A stretch of DNA of 64,000 bases from Candidatus Aalborgicola defluviihabitans (GCA_016705575.1 JADIXX010000003.1:788500-852499); one strand, 5' to 3'. Positions 1 through 10,484 are shown, counted from the stretch's first letter. Notes: generated by a model not told the origin, from the sequence alone. A program made the numbers and translations.

Positions 1-1
1 G

Positions 2-922
2 GCCGAACAAATCAAGGTCAACGCTGAGACCTATTACCGCCAGGCTAGCTTGGTGCTGGACCCGACCAAGACCGAGATCCGCTACAACAGCGAATGGAGT
101 GACCCACTGGGCGCGCGCGGCATGATCCAGCTGGCCAGCCGCTACACCGTGGCCCGCATGATGGAGCGCAACGACTTCCATGACCGCTTCAAGGCCGGCA
201 CGCCGATTGCGGTGCACGAATTTCTCTACCCGTTGATGCAAGGCTACGATAGCGTGGCCCTGCACAGCGACTTGGAACTGGGCGGTACTGACCAGAAGTT
301 CAATCTGCTGATGGGGCGCACCCTGCAGTCCGAGTACGGCCAGGAACCCCAATGCATTCTGACCATGCCCCTGCTCGAAGGCCTGGATGGCGTCGAGAAG
401 ATGTCCAAGAGCAAGAACAACTACATTGGTATCAGCGAAGACCCGAACACCATGTTCGCCAAGGTGTTGTCCATCTCGGATGTGCTGATGTGGAAGTGGT
501 ACACGCTGTTGAGCTTCCAGAGCGAAGCATTCATTGCTGCGCTCAAGGCCGAGGTTGAAGGGGGACGCAACCCGAAAGACGCCAAGGTGGCGCTGGCCAA
601 GGAAATCACCGCACGCTTTCACAGTGCGCAAGCGGCTGATGCGGCGGAGCAGGACTTCATCAACCGCAGCAAAGGCGGCATTCCTGACACCATTGACGAG
701 ATCAGTTTGCCCCTGGGCGAGAGTGGTGCGGCGATGGGCATTGGCGCACTGCTCAAGTCGGCCGGTTTGGCCGCATCCAGTGGTGAAGGCAACCGCCTGA
801 TTGACGGCGGTGGCGTGCGCATTGACAGCAATGTGGTCAGCGACAAGGGCCTCAAACTCGGCGCTGGCACCTATGTGCTGCAGGTCGGCAAGCGCAAGTT
901 TGCCCGCGTGACGCTGGGCTGA
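2..922 (+). CDS. tyrS: Tyrosine--tRNA ligase, C-terminal ~300 aa (5' end is upstream of the window)
   Basis: Frame is open from the window edge. It has the class I aaRS KMSKS loop ([12 protein letters not shown]) and a C-terminal S4-like RNA-binding region ([15 protein letters not shown]). Confidence 0.93.
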   Translation, partial: AEQIKVNAETYYRQASLVLDPTKTEIRYNSEWSDPLGARGMIQLASRYTVARMMERNDFHDRFKAGTPIAVHEFLYPLMQGYDSVALHSDLELGGTDQKFNLLMGRTLQSEYGQEPQCILTMPLLEGLDGVEKMSKSKNNYIGISEDPNTMFAKVLSISDVLMWKWYTLLSFQSEAFIAALKAEVEGGRNPKDAKVALAKEITARFHSAQAADAAEQDFINRSKGGIPDTIDEISLPLGESGAAMGIGALLKSAGLAASSGEGNRLIDGGGVRIDSNVVSDKGLKLGAGTYVLQVGKRKFARVTLG

Positions 923-938
923 GTCGCGCCAGGCCGCG

Positions 939-1685
939 CTACTTCGCGCCGGCCTTCTGCAGCATCTGCACCATCTCCCGGTGGCCATGGGTTTGTGCCA
1001 ATGCCAGTGGGGAGTTGCCCTGACGGTCGGTGAGTTGCAAATTCGCACCGGCCGATATCAGCGCCTGCAGGGTCGCCTGGTGACGTGCCCCGCCATTGCC
1101 CAGCACGATGGATTCAATCACTGCAGTCCAATGCAGGTTGTTGACATGGTCCAGCGGCACACCTGCGTGGATGAGTTGGCGCACGACGCCGTCATGCCCC
1201 AGATGCGCCGCAGCGATGAGTGCCGTTCCATCGTAGCGGCTGGTGACCTGTTTAGCGCTGGCACCCAGGTTCAGCAAGGTGCGCAGTGTGACTTCGTCGT
1301 CCGCCACAGCGGCGATGGTGACTGCGTCGTAGCGATCGTGCTCCAGTCGTTGCAGGTCCGCTCCCGCCTGCGCCAAGGCCTGCAGTGCGCCACGCTGTCG
1401 GGCGAAGGCTGCAATATGCACAGCAGTGCGGCCATCGGTGTCGCGTGCATCCAGGTCAGTTTTAGCGGCCACCAATCGTCCAATTTCCGCCAGGTCTCCT
1501 AGGTGTGCCGCCGCATGCAGTCCACGGTAGGCCGCGACTTGCGCGGCGCCTGGCGGCACTTGTGCCGTGGCAGGCACCACCCCAGCCAAGAGCGATGCAG
1601 CCAACAGGCACGCGACGGGGCCGCCGCGCCCTGTAAATAGCGGATACAGCGCGTCCCTGTATTTACTATATTTTGTATAGCGCAT
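939..1685 (-). CDS. Secreted/periplasmic ankyrin-repeat protein
   Basis: Signal-peptide-like N-terminus (LLAASLLAGVVPATAQ) followed by tandem ankyrin-type repeats (DGRTAVHIAAFARQRGALQALAQAGADL; DGTALIAAAHLGHDGVVRQLIHAGVPL; QGNSPLALAQTHGHREMVQMLQKAGA). Start placed at the internal Met (MRYTKY) of ORF 939..1763. Confidence 0.8.
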   Translation of the reverse strand: MRYTKYSKYRDALYPLFTGRGGPVACLLAASLLAGVVPATAQVPPGAAQVAAYRGLHAAAHLGDLAEIGRLVAAKTDLDARDTDGRTAVHIAAFARQRGALQALAQAGADLQRLEHDRYDAVTIAAVADDEVTLRTLLNLGASAKQVTSRYDGTALIAAAHLGHDGVVRQLIHAGVPLDHVNNLHWTAVIESIVLGNGGARHQATLQALISAGANLQLTDRQGNSPLALAQTHGHREMVQMLQKAGAK

Positions 1686-1717
1686 TGTGCTTATTTCACG
1701 AGGGCTACTGGGTGCTT

Positions 1718-2215
1718 CTACTTCAAGGCATCCTTGACTTTGTCCAGTGCGGCCATCCCGCATTGCTCGTCCAGGTTGCCGCCAGGAGCGCCGGCCACGC
1801 CGACCGCGCCAATCACTTCGTTACCCACTTTGACTGGCACGCCTCCACCGAGCAGCAGGAAGCCGGGGATATAGACCAGGTTTGCGCTCGCCGGGTTCTT
1901 TTGGGCACCTTCCATCATGGCCAGCGTAGTGTTCTTGGCGGACGCGGAGGTGAATGCCTTTTGCTGGCTGGCAGCCAGCGTGTGCGGGCCAGCATTGTCT
2001 GCACGCTGCACGGCGCGTACGCTGCCGGCGCGGTCCACCACGGTGGCGGTCACGTTGTAGCCGCTGGCGGTGCAACTGGCCACGGTCGCTGCGGCGATCT
2101 GGTTGGCCAGTTCCAGGGACATATTTTTTTCAAGGCGAACGGCTTCTGCACCGGCCAGCAGTGGCGCGCCAGTGAGGGCTGTCAGGATCAGGGTGCTAGC
2201 AAGGGTTTTACGCAT
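1718..2215 (-). CDS. Secreted GlcG/HbpS-like (DUF336) putative haem-binding protein
   Basis: Signal peptide MRKTLASTLILTALTGAPLLAGAEA, then a DUF336-type core (LLLGGGVPVKVGNEVIGAVGVAGAPGGNLDEQC). Start at the internal Met, ATG confirmed at 2213-2215. Confidence 0.8.
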   Translation of the reverse strand: MRKTLASTLILTALTGAPLLAGAEAVRLEKNMSLELANQIAAATVASCTASGYNVTATVVDRAGSVRAVQRADNAGPHTLAASQQKAFTSASAKNTTLAMMEGAQKNPASANLVYIPGFLLLGGGVPVKVGNEVIGAVGVAGAPGGNLDEQCGMAALDKVKDALK

Positions 2216-2341
2216 GGGTTTCTCCGGTAGTCTGGGGTGGTCACGGCTCAATCAACCGTGGGTCTACTGTAGAAATTCGCCCGGCGTTTGACCATTCGTA
2301 CGGTTACGCCGCACCCTCCGTAAAACTACGTGGAGCGTCCG

Positions 2342-2980
2342 TCAGCGTGGGACGTCTTCGTCCACGATGGCGGCATACTGACGCACCAGCTGGGCCAGGG
2401 AATCGATGTCCAGCTTTGCGAACAGGTTGGCGCGGTGGGTTTCCACCGTGCGTGGCGACACACTCAAGGCGCGGCCCATTTCCTTGTTGGTCAGGCCAGC
2501 CACGATCAGCCCCAACACATCGCGTTCGCGCACAGAGAGTTGGGCATACTGCGCGCGGGTCCGACGGTCCGCCTGGTGGCGTTCGCGGGTTTTCACATGT
2601 TGGCGCACCGCGTTTTGCAGTGTCTCCAGCAGGCGCTCGTCATCTACCGGCTTTTCCAGAAACTCGAATGCCCCCGACTTGAACGCCCGCCGACACAAAT
2701 CGACTGTGCCATGCCCGGTGAGCATGATCACGGGCTGTTCCACACCCTGTTCCACCAGACCGTCCAGCACCGCCAAGCCGCTGGTACCGGGCATGCGCAC
2801 GTCCATCACGATGGCGCCGATGCTTTGGCGGTCAAAGTCGCGCACAAACGCCTGTGGGTCGGCCCACGGCTGCACCCGCAGGCCGATGGTGCCGATCAAC
2901 AAGGCCAGGCTGTTGCGCACCGCCTCGTCGTCATCGATGAGGTGGATCAGCGGAGAGAGTGGGGTTGCATTGTGGTTCAT
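2342..2980 (-). CDS. Two-component response regulator, REC + LuxR/FixJ-type HTH
   Basis: REC domain (LIHLIDDDEAVRNSL ... VMDVRMPGTSG ... MLTGHG) and LuxR HTH (LSVRERDVLGLIVAGLTNKEMGRALSVSPRTVETHRANLFAKL). Its ATG overlaps the kinase stop (ATGA at 2977-2980). Confidence 0.9.
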   Translation of the reverse strand: MNHNATPLSPLIHLIDDDEAVRNSLALLIGTIGLRVQPWADPQAFVRDFDRQSIGAIVMDVRMPGTSGLAVLDGLVEQGVEQPVIMLTGHGTVDLCRRAFKSGAFEFLEKPVDDERLLETLQNAVRQHVKTRERHQADRRTRAQYAQLSVRERDVLGLIVAGLTNKEMGRALSVSPRTVETHRANLFAKLDIDSLAQLVRQYAAIVDEDVPR

Positions 2981-4461
2981 GGCGAAGGGGTTGGGTGGGG
3001 TGCCAGGGGCAGGCTCAGGCAGAAGGTGGCGCCGCCGGATGCGGGGGAACTGGCCGTGAGTGAACCACCCATGCCCATGGCCAGGGTCTCGCACAGGCTC
3101 AAGCCCAGTCCGAGGCCGTCTTCACGGGTGGTGAAAAACGGCGCGAAAACATGTGGCAAAACGTTTGCGGGAATGCCGGGGCCGCTGTCCCGCACAGTCA
3201 ACTGGCCCTGGCCGCTGGCACGCTGCAACTGCACCTCCAGTGCGCGCCGCCCCACCGGAACCTGCTCCAACGCATGGACCGCGTTGCTCAGAAGGTTGTG
3301 CAGAATTTGCTCCAGCGCCACCGCATCGCCGTGTATGTCAAAGGGCTCTCCCACCCATTTCAACTGCGGTGTGATCTGGCTGCGCTGCAGCTCCGGCTCC
3401 AGCAGGTAAACCGCTTTGCGGGTCAGCTCCATCGGGTTGAGGACCTGTGCTTCGCTGGCCATATTCGAGCGTTCCACTGTGCGGCGCAAGCGGCCCACCA
3501 CATCGGCGGCGCGTCGGGCCTGTTGCACGGTTTGCTGCAAGGCTTGTCGTACCGCTGCCATGTCCTCTACCGGTTCGTCGGCCAGCATGCGGTGGGCAGC
3601 CTGCGTACTGGCCAGTACAGCGGCTAGCGGCTGGTTCAGTTCATGGGCCATGCCAGCGGCCAGTTCGCCCATGGTGTTGAGCCGTGTCAGCTGGCCCATG
3701 CGCAGGCGTTCTTCCGCCCGGCGCCGATTCTGGCTTTGCGCCAAGAGTGCGCGCGCCGCCAGCAGCAGCAGGGTCCACCCGGTGGACGCGGCGGCCAACC
3801 CGGCCCAAGGCACGGCTGCCCAGCCCAGATGCTGGAGGGAGATCACCACGAACGGCTGACTGGGAGCGGCCAGGGTCTTTTGCGCGAAAAAGTTCCAACC
3901 GCCCGTGGCTTCGGGCTTGGTGTGCCCTGCCTGCAGCACAATGGCGTCCTCGCCAAGGGCCAGTGTCACTTGCACCGGACTGGTCGCCGGGTCCATCGGC
4001 CAATCATTCCAGGGCACCATGGTGCGGACATCGATGGTCAGCGCGTAGCTGGTGCCAGAACCGGCTAACTCCAGGCGGTAACGCTGCCGGGACGTATCCA
4101 CATCCGCCAGCGCGGGATGTCCCAGGCGCAGAGAGTCGTCTTGTGCCCTTTGCAGGGCCGGGTCATCCCAATGGTTGTGTGCGTCGCTGCGCCATACCGA
4201 CAGAATTTGCGGGTACACCGAGGGCAGGCGCTGCTCCGGGTTGTCATCAGCATCCGGGTTGTGCAGCAGGGCCAGTGTTTGCAGAATCGCGTCGTGCTGC
4301 ACGGCCTGCTGGCTCAGCAGGCGGTGCACGATGCGGGCATCGGTGTCAAACGCGTCTTGCAGTTTACCCAGCTCGGCCCGCGTCACCAAGGCGCCACCCA
4401 GCAGCGTACCCAATGCCCATGCCAGCAACCAGAGTCTGTGGTGTTTGAGTGGGTTTGGCAT
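2977..4461 (-). CDS. Sensor histidine kinase with a large periplasmic-looking N-terminal domain
   Basis: H-box MAHELNQPLAAV and ATPase boxes (LLSNAVHAL, VRDSGPGIP, GLGLGLSL). An N-terminal TM helix (LWLLAWALGTLLGGALV) is followed by ~250 aa and a second TM. Alternative upstream start at 4527. Confidence 0.88.
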   Translation of the reverse strand: MPNPLKHHRLWLLAWALGTLLGGALVTRAELGKLQDAFDTDARIVHRLLSQQAVQHDAILQTLALLHNPDADDNPEQRLPSVYPQILSVWRSDAHNHWDDPALQRAQDDSLRLGHPALADVDTSRQRYRLELAGSGTSYALTIDVRTMVPWNDWPMDPATSPVQVTLALGEDAIVLQAGHTKPEATGGWNFFAQKTLAAPSQPFVVISLQHLGWAAVPWAGLAAASTGWTLLLLAARALLAQSQNRRRAEERLRMGQLTRLNTMGELAAGMAHELNQPLAAVLASTQAAHRMLADEPVEDMAAVRQALQQTVQQARRAADVVGRLRRTVERSNMASEAQVLNPMELTRKAVYLLEPELQRSQITPQLKWVGEPFDIHGDAVALEQILHNLLSNAVHALEQVPVGRRALEVQLQRASGQGQLTVRDSGPGIPANVLPHVFAPFFTTREDGLGLGLSLCETLAMGMGGSLTASSPASGGATFCLSLPLAPHPTPSP

Positions 4462-4559
4462 GCAGGGCGGGTTGGGGTCGATCACAGGGTTCGACAGTGA
4501 TGATATTGGCAAGCGCGTCTTGGGCACAATAGGTGCATGAACTCAACCCTGCTCACGCC

Positions 4560-5036
4560 ATGATTGCTGTATTGCAACGCGTTGCCAGCGCCGGTGTGGT
4601 GGTTGCAGGGCAAACCGTGGGCGAGATCGGGCCGGGCCTCTTGGTGCTGGTCTGCGCCGAGCAGGGTGATACCGCTGCCGAGGGTGACAAACTGCTGGCC
4701 AAAATCCTCAAGCTGCGCATTTTCAGTGATGCGCAGGGCAAGATGAACCTCAGCGTTCAGGATATGGACGGCGCTGGCACGGTCGGCGGACTGCTGATCG
4801 TGAGTCAATTCACGCTAGCGGCTGATGTGCGGGGCGGTAACCGGCCCAGCTTTACCGCTGCTGCCGCACCCGATGAGGGACGCCGCTTGTACGATCTGTT
4901 CGTGGAGCAGGCGCGCCGTGCCCACCCCATCGTGCGGACCGGCCAGTTTGCCGCGGACATGCAGGTCACGCTGGTGAATGATGGCCCGGTGACCATCCCG
5001 CTGCGCATACCGCCGGCAGCGGCGTGTGCCACGTAG
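4560..5036 (+). CDS. dtd: D-aminoacyl-tRNA deacylase
   Basis: MIAVLQRV start, [23 protein letters not shown] and NDGPVT motifs, and typical size. The 3' end overlaps the convergent pabB-pabC ORF by ~70 nt. Confidence 0.9.
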   Translation: MIAVLQRVASAGVVVAGQTVGEIGPGLLVLVCAEQGDTAAEGDKLLAKILKLRIFSDAQGKMNLSVQDMDGAGTVGGLLIVSQFTLAADVRGGNRPSFTAAAAPDEGRRLYDLFVEQARRAHPIVRTGQFAADMQVTLVNDGPVTIPLRIPPAAACAT

Positions 5037-6804
5037 CCTCCACCCAGCCGCGCAGGCTATTGATGAAGGCCATGGCCTGTACCCGGGGCAGGTCTTCCAG
5101 CCGGACCACCGCTTCTTCCAGCCGCCCCTGCGCCAACCAGTGGGCGCGGCCAACACCCGCCAGCAGGCCATAACGCGCATGGGGCGTGACCCAACGCCCG
5201 TCCAGTAGCAAAGCCAAGTTGCCGCGGGTGCATTCGGTCACCTCGCCGTGCGCGTTCCACAGCACCGTGTCGAACACCTCTGCCGTGGTGGGCGCCAGGC
5301 GTTCGTAGTGGGCGCGGCGGGTGGTCTTGTGGCGCACGAATTCGCTGTCGGTCTCTAGCAGCGGGCTGGGTGCCAGTTGCAAGTGCACGGTGGCCGGTGT
5401 GGGTGCCAAGGCATAGGCCTGTGCGTGCAAGGTGCCGTTGGCATCCAGCAGCAGGCGCGCCCGCCAGTTGCCTTGTGGGTGCTGGTGGCACAGGGCTTGC
5501 AGGGTGTTATGGGCGGCTGCAGGGTTCCATGCATAACCAAAATGGGCCGCTGATGCCTTCATGCGTGCCAGGTGGGCGTCGCAACGCTGGAGCACGCCGC
5601 CTTGCATGGCCAAGGTTTCCAGAATCGAGAACGACTGGCTGGCCCGCTGTAAAAAGGTTTGTTTGTGGCGCCACTCTTGCCATTCAGACGCAGCCTGTGC
5701 ATCTGCCGTGATGCCACTGCCGGTGCCCGCTTGCAGGGTGCCGGCATGTGCCTCCACGGTGCGAATCGGTACGTTGAACGTCGCGCTACCGCCGGGGCGC
5801 ACCACGCCAACGGCGCCGCAGTACACGCCGCGCGGGGTGTCTTCGAGTTCGCGGATCAAGCGCATGGCCTGCACTTTGGGCGCGCCGGTGACCGAGCCGC
5901 AGGGGAACAGGGCGCCAAACACATCGACCAGACGGGTGTTGGCGCGCGTATCGGCGTGCACATCGCTCACCATTTGCCACACGGTGGACAGGGCCTGCAC
6001 GCGGCACAGGCCGTCCACGGTGACAGAAAACGGCTTGGCGATGCGGGACAGATCGTTGCGGATCAGGTCCACGATCATCACGTTCTCAGCCCGCTCTTTG
6101 GGTGAGGTGCGCAGGGCCTGGGCCAGGGCGGCGTCTGCTTCTTGATCGTCGTCGCGCGGGGCCGTGCCTTTCATGGGGCGTGTGATCAGGTGGCCGTCGT
6201 GCCAGTCAAAAAACAATTCGGGCGAAACAGACAGCACCTGTTCCTCGCCCGTGTCGATATACGCGGCAAAGCCACCGGGCTGTGCCTGGCGCATGGCCGC
6301 AAACAGTTCCAGCGGCGGCACCTGCAATTGGCCTGCAGTGCGGGTGGTGAAGTTGGCCTGATAAATCTCGCCATCGGCAATGGACTGGTGCAAGCGGGCC
6401 ATTGCGGCATCAAACGTGGCGCGGGTCATGCCGTTGTGCCAAGTGGCGCGACAAACATCGGTGGGTGCCGCTTCGGGACTGGATGCCACCACATCCCCGG
6501 ATGGTTCTTGCGGCAGCGGCGCATCGTGCACCCCAAACCATACCAATGGGCCGGTCGTCGCGTGCACCGCCAGCGCATGGTCAAAGGCGGGCGCCGCCTC
6601 GTAGCGCACATAGCCCACACACCACTGGCCGCGCAAGGCCCGTTCTTCCACGGCCTGAAGCACAGCCTTGACCTGGTCCAGCGTGTGCGTCGCCAATACT
6701 TCAACCGGCTCGCCAAACGCAACGCGCAATGCGCCAGAGCCAGATGGCATGGCCTTGGGCTGCGTTGGGGCCGCTATGGCGGCGAAATCGATCAGTGCGC
6801 GCAT
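4966..6804 (-). CDS. pabB: Aminodeoxychorismate synthase component I fused to an aminodeoxychorismate-lyase-like (class IV aminotransferase) domain
   Basis: Chorismate-binding core ([41 protein letters not shown]) followed by a ~200-aa C-terminal domain resembling PabC/IlvE-fold proteins ([16 protein letters not shown] ... INSLRG). Confidence 0.85.
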   Translation of the reverse strand: MRALIDFAAIAAPTQPKAMPSGSGALRVAFGEPVEVLATHTLDQVKAVLQAVEERALRGQWCVGYVRYEAAPAFDHALAVHATTGPLVWFGVHDAPLPQEPSGDVVASSPEAAPTDVCRATWHNGMTRATFDAAMARLHQSIADGEIYQANFTTRTAGQLQVPPLELFAAMRQAQPGGFAAYIDTGEEQVLSVSPELFFDWHDGHLITRPMKGTAPRDDDQEADAALAQALRTSPKERAENVMIVDLIRNDLSRIAKPFSVTVDGLCRVQALSTVWQMVSDVHADTRANTRLVDVFGALFPCGSVTGAPKVQAMRLIRELEDTPRGVYCGAVGVVRPGGSATFNVPIRTVEAHAGTLQAGTGSGITADAQAASEWQEWRHKQTFLQRASQSFSILETLAMQGGVLQRCDAHLARMKASAAHFGYAWNPAAAHNTLQALCHQHPQGNWRARLLLDANGTLHAQAYALAPTPATVHLQLAPSPLLETDSEFVRHKTTRRAHYERLAPTTAEVFDTVLWNAHGEVTECTRGNLALLLDGRWVTPHARYGLLAGVGRAHWLAQGRLEEAVVRLEDLPRVQAMAFINSLRGWVEATWHTPLPAVCAAGWSPGHHSPA

Positions 6805-6871
6805 GGTGCTGTGGTGGTACTGGGCTGCCGATTATGCTCAGGTGTTTGTAAGTTTGGTACGGGATGCGGCA

Positions 6872-7840
6872 ATGAAAAAACTCTTGATCCTGGGCGGTAC
6901 GGTGTTCCTGGGCCGGCACGTGTTGGATGCCGCACTGGCTGCGGGCTGCGAGGCTACGCTGCTCAACCGTGGCACGCACGATGTGCAGTTTGCCCAAGCG
7001 GTAGAGCAATTGCGCGGTGACCGTGATGGTGACCTTAGTGCGCTCAAGGGCCGGGCGTTTGACGCAGTTGTCGATTGCAGCGGCTACACGCCGGCACAAC
7101 TCCAACGCTCCTGCGACGCCTTGCGCGACCAGGTTGCGCACTATGTGTTCGTGTCCACCATCTCGGTCTACGCACGCTTTGCGCCAGGCTGCGCTTATGA
7201 CGAAACGGCCGATGTGACCACCGCAGTGGATGGCTATGGCGGCGCCAAGGCCCGTGCCGAGGACGTGATTGCCAAGGCCATGCCCGGGCGGTTTGCGACT
7301 GTGCGGCCCGGATTGATTGTTGGACCGTTTGACCCTAGCGGGCGCTTCACCTACTGGCCAAGCCGCCTGAACCGTGGCGGCACCGTACTGGCGCCGGGGC
7401 GCCCGGATCGCCCCGTGCAATTTATCGATGTACGCGACCTGGCTCAATGGTGCGTGCACCTGGCGCTACAGCGCACACCCGGCGTCTTTCACGCTGTGGG
7501 AACTTCGGGCAGTATGGCGCAAGCGTTGCAAGCCTGCCAGTCAGCCAGTGCAAGCATTGCGGAACTGGTGTGGTGTGATGACGCCGCCTTGGTACGCGCC
7601 CAGGTGGCACCCTGGACCGGTTTGCCGCTGTGGATACCCGAGGCTGACCCTGACTTTGGCGGCATGTTGCTGGGTAGCGGACACCCTGCGGCGGAAGCCG
7701 GTCTGCAAACCCGCCCATGGGGCCATACGGCACGTGACACGCTAGCTTGGGCGCAGGAGGCCGGTGCCGCTGCCCACTGTGCTGCGGCGCTGGCGCCCAA
7801 GGCAGAAGCCCATATTTTGCGCAATTGCTGCCATACTTGA
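6872..7840 (+). CDS. NAD-dependent epimerase/dehydratase-family protein
   Basis: Rossmann motif at the N-terminus (MKKLLILGGTVFLGRHV). Start moved to ATG 6872, because the upstream part of ORF 6668.. overlaps pabB. Confidence 0.7.
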   Translation: MKKLLILGGTVFLGRHVLDAALAAGCEATLLNRGTHDVQFAQAVEQLRGDRDGDLSALKGRAFDAVVDCSGYTPAQLQRSCDALRDQVAHYVFVSTISVYARFAPGCAYDETADVTTAVDGYGGAKARAEDVIAKAMPGRFATVRPGLIVGPFDPSGRFTYWPSRLNRGGTVLAPGRPDRPVQFIDVRDLAQWCVHLALQRTPGVFHAVGTSGSMAQALQACQSASASIAELVWCDDAALVRAQVAPWTGLPLWIPEADPDFGGMLLGSGHPAAEAGLQTRPWGHTARDTLAWAQEAGAAAHCAAALAPKAEAHILRNCCHT

Positions 7841-7844
7841 GCGC

Positions 7845-8783
7845 ATGCGGTTACAACGCCTATTCGCCCCTCGACACTCCGGTTTGTGCAGCGCGGTTAA
7901 CCGCACTGCGCTGGTGGTTCGCCTGTTCGGGTGGTTGCTGACGGTCGTGTTGACCTTGTCCGGCGTTGCGACATTTGCCCAGGATGTACTACCTGTTCCT
8001 GCCCTCAGTGCCCATGTCATGGACCAGACCGGTACGCTCGATGCCAACCAAACAACGGCACTTGAGGCTGCGTTGGCAGACCTGGAAACTCGCAAGGGCG
8101 CGCAGGTCGTGGTCTTGATGTTGGCATCGACGCAGCCAGAGGATATCGCCAGTTATGCGAATCGGGTCGCCAACACCTGGAAAATCGGTCGGCGCGACAT
8201 TGGCGATGGCGTACTGGTCATCGTTGCCAAAAACGACCGTAACCTGCGCATTGAGGTCGCCAAGACATTGGAAGGCGCCATTCCCGACCTTGCCGCCAGT
8301 CGCATCATTGACGAGACCATCACGCCAGGCTTCAAGCGGGGCGACTTTGCCGGCGGCTTGCGGGCGGGTGTCGACCAGATCGCCGCTTTGGTAGCCGGCG
8401 AGCCACTGCCTGCACCTGCGCCGGTAGCGGCGGGTAATTGGAGTTCCATGGATTGGACCCCCTTGGTGGTCTTCCTCATGATTATGGTGCCGACTTTTGG
8501 CAGCGTCATGCGTAGCGTGCTTGGACGTAAGCCCGCAGTGATCGCCATTGGGTGTGGCGCAGGTCTGCTGACCTACGTGGTGGGCGCTGCGTTTTGGATG
8601 GCGGTGCTGGCCGCCATGGCCACGATGCTCTATGCATTGGTAACCTGCGTGCAGCTAACTCGCCGTGGCGGTGGCGGTGGCGGTGGAAGTTCAGGGGGGA
8701 GTGGCGGCAGCTCTAGTGGTGGCGGCTACAGTTCGGGTGGCGGCGGAGATTTTGGTGGCGGCGGTGCATCGGGCAGCTGGTAG
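7845..8783 (+). CDS. TPM-domain (YgcG-like) membrane protein with a Gly/Ser-rich tail
   Basis: TPM-type domain (HVMDQTGTLDANQTTALEAALADLETRKGAQVVVLML ... LRIEVAKTLEGAIPD), C-terminal TM helices and a GGGGGGGSSGGSGGSSSGGGYSSGGGGDFGGGG tail. Confidence 0.8.
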   Translation: MRLQRLFAPRHSGLCSAVNRTALVVRLFGWLLTVVLTLSGVATFAQDVLPVPALSAHVMDQTGTLDANQTTALEAALADLETRKGAQVVVLMLASTQPEDIASYANRVANTWKIGRRDIGDGVLVIVAKNDRNLRIEVAKTLEGAIPDLAASRIIDETITPGFKRGDFAGGLRAGVDQIAALVAGEPLPAPAPVAAGNWSSMDWTPLVVFLMIMVPTFGSVMRSVLGRKPAVIAIGCGAGLLTYVVGAAFWMAVLAAMATMLYALVTCVQLTRRGGGGGGGSSGGSGGSSSGGGYSSGGGGDFGGGGASGSW

Positions 8784-8850
8784 TTGATGCGCACCCACTA
8801 GCGGGTCAAAGCCCGCGTCCACCAACTGTCCGATCACTCGTTTTCCGACG

Positions 8851-9919
8851 TCAATTGTTGGGCACCAGCTCCACGCGGCGGTTTTTGGCTTTGCCGTCTT
8901 CGCTGGTATTGGGTGCAATGGGGCTGGCAAATGACACGCCTACGGGCGTCAGACGCTTGCGGTCGGCTTTGTACTGGCTGGCTAGCACACTGATGACTGC
9001 ATCGGCCCGGCGTTTGGACAGGTCCATGTTGGAGTTGAATTCGCCGACATTGTCGGTATGGCCCACCACCAGTAGCTTCAGTGCGGGTGACGAGCTCAGC
9101 AGCTTGGCGATCTGGGCCAGCGTGTCCTTGGATTCGGGTTTGACATCGGCTTTGCCCGAATCAAAGTACAGGCCATAGAGCGCGACGCGGCCATTGGTGG
9201 TGATGGACTGCGCCATTTCCTCGGCTTTGACCGTCACCATCTTTTGCTCCATGGCTTTGAGCTCCAGCACATCTACAACAACGATGGTGCGGTGTTCAAA
9301 CGCGGTGCAGTAGGTGCCGCCCTCCAGGCTATAGGCCAGCACCGAGACAAAGGCATTCGCGTTGGGCAGCTCCAGCGCAGCATAACGCTGCTCGCCGGTG
9401 CGCCCGGTCTGTGCACAGCTGCCGTTGGTAAACGCCTTGTCCTTGATCTGGTCCTGAGACGTCAGCAGCATGGCCAGGCTCTGGTCGCCACCACCGCCGT
9501 CGCTGCTGCGTGTGCCGTCACCACCGCATTCGGGGCTTTTGCATTCAAACAGCGTTTTGCCACCCTTGGCCGCAGCGTCATTTTGGTAGTTGCGCACGGC
9601 CTGGAGCGGCGACACCTTGTCGGGCAACAAGTAGACGATGTGGCTGCGTTTGCCTTCCAGCGCCTTGCTTTGCGTGGGTTCAAAAACCATGTTGTTGTGC
9701 GTGTCGCGCTTTGACTTGTCGGCGACGGCTTTCAGTGGTCCCAGTGGCAACTAGGTTCGTCGAAATCGCGGTTGTCTTGCGACACGATGAAGGAACCCGC
9801 AAAGCGGCCGATCAGGGCGAGTCCTTGGCGCCGGCAATATCGGCCTTGGGAAGGGTGGCATCGGCCAGCGCGACACCGGCCAGCAGCAGGCCCGCGAGTG
9901 CAAGTTCAAAACGTTTCAT
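8851..9919 (-). pseudogene. OmpA-family protein with a DUF4892-like N-terminal domain, interrupted by two frameshifts near the 5' end (or by sequencing errors)
   Basis: ATG at 9919 encodes a signal peptide (MKRFELALAGLLLAGVALADA..AKDSP) and hits TGA. The next frame reads LIGRFAGSFIVSQDNRDFDE. A third frame (ORF 8851..9750) continues LPLGPLKAV...VRNYQND... and ends in an OmpA_C domain (VVGHTDNVGEFNSNMDLSKRRADAV). Confidence 0.8.
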
Positions 9920-9943
9920 ACAAATACTCCCTGGTTGTGACAG

Positions 9944-9971
9944 AAAAAACAGTTGCTATGCATTGCATAGC
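9944..9971 (-). terminator. Candidate rho-independent terminator downstream of ybeY
   Basis: On the minus strand GCTATGCA-A-TGCATAGC (8-bp stem) is followed by AACTGTTTTTTC. It lies 40-65 nt after the ybeY stop. Confidence 0.5.
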
Positions 9972-10010
9972 TGCTTATGTAATGCTGACGAGGGCTAGAG
10001 CCCTATTTTA

Positions 10011-10457
10011 TTAGTAAGGATTCTTGAAACCCAAGCGCGCCATGATCTCGGTCTCGCGCAGCTCCATCACTTGCGCATCTTCTTCCAGCTCATGGTCCCA
10101 GCCTTGCGCGTGCAGGGTGCCGTGCACGATCAAGTGGGCGTAATGCGCTTGTAGAGTCTTCTTCTGTTCCTTGGCCTCTTGGGCCACCACCGGCGCGCAC
10201 AACACCAGATCGGCAGTCACCACAGGCTCTTGCGTGTAATCAAACGTCAGCACATTGGTGGCGTAGTCCTTTTTGCGGTATTCACGGTTCAACGTTTGGC
10301 CTTCTTCGGCGTCAACGATGCGCACGGTGATTTCGCCGTTGGTTTGCAGCGCATGGCGAATCCATTTGGTAACCCGGTGGCGGGGCAGGGCGGCGCGGTG
10401 CTTGTCGGCGCTTTTGAGCTTGCCAAATTGCAGGGAAAGGGTGAGGTCGGGCAACAT
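10011..10457 (-). CDS. ybeY: Endoribonuclease YbeY (rRNA maturation factor)
   Basis: [11 protein letters not shown] zinc-binding motif, ~148 aa, immediately downstream of phoH as in many proteobacteria. Confidence 0.93.
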   Translation of the reverse strand: MLPDLTLSLQFGKLKSADKHRAALPRHRVTKWIRHALQTNGEITVRIVDAEEGQTLNREYRKKDYATNVLTFDYTQEPVVTADLVLCAPVVAQEAKEQKKTLQAHYAHLIVHGTLHAQGWDHELEEDAQVMELRETEIMARLGFKNPY

Positions 10458-10484
10458 GGTGAAACGTGTAGAAGGTAGAGGCGA

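Noticed and set aside
2330-3409. 359-aa plus-strand ORF, and other long ORFs of the same kind (6142..7020, 10830..11558, 18959..19774, 51983..52528, 61078..61893, 63046..63804)
   Set aside because: All lie antisense to or overlap well-supported genes, and none shows a recognisable motif. I treat them as high-GC frame artefacts.
4966-5036. 71-nt convergent overlap of the dtd and pabB-pabC 3' ends
   Set aside because: Both proteins already contain their conserved C-terminal motifs before the overlap (NDGPVT; INSLRG). The overlap is most simply late stop codons in high-GC DNA, not a functional feature.
8670-8783. GGT/GGC-rich repeat at the end of the TPM-domain gene
   Set aside because: It encodes the Gly/Ser-rich tail that is common in YgcG/TPM proteins. 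It is not an independent repeat element.
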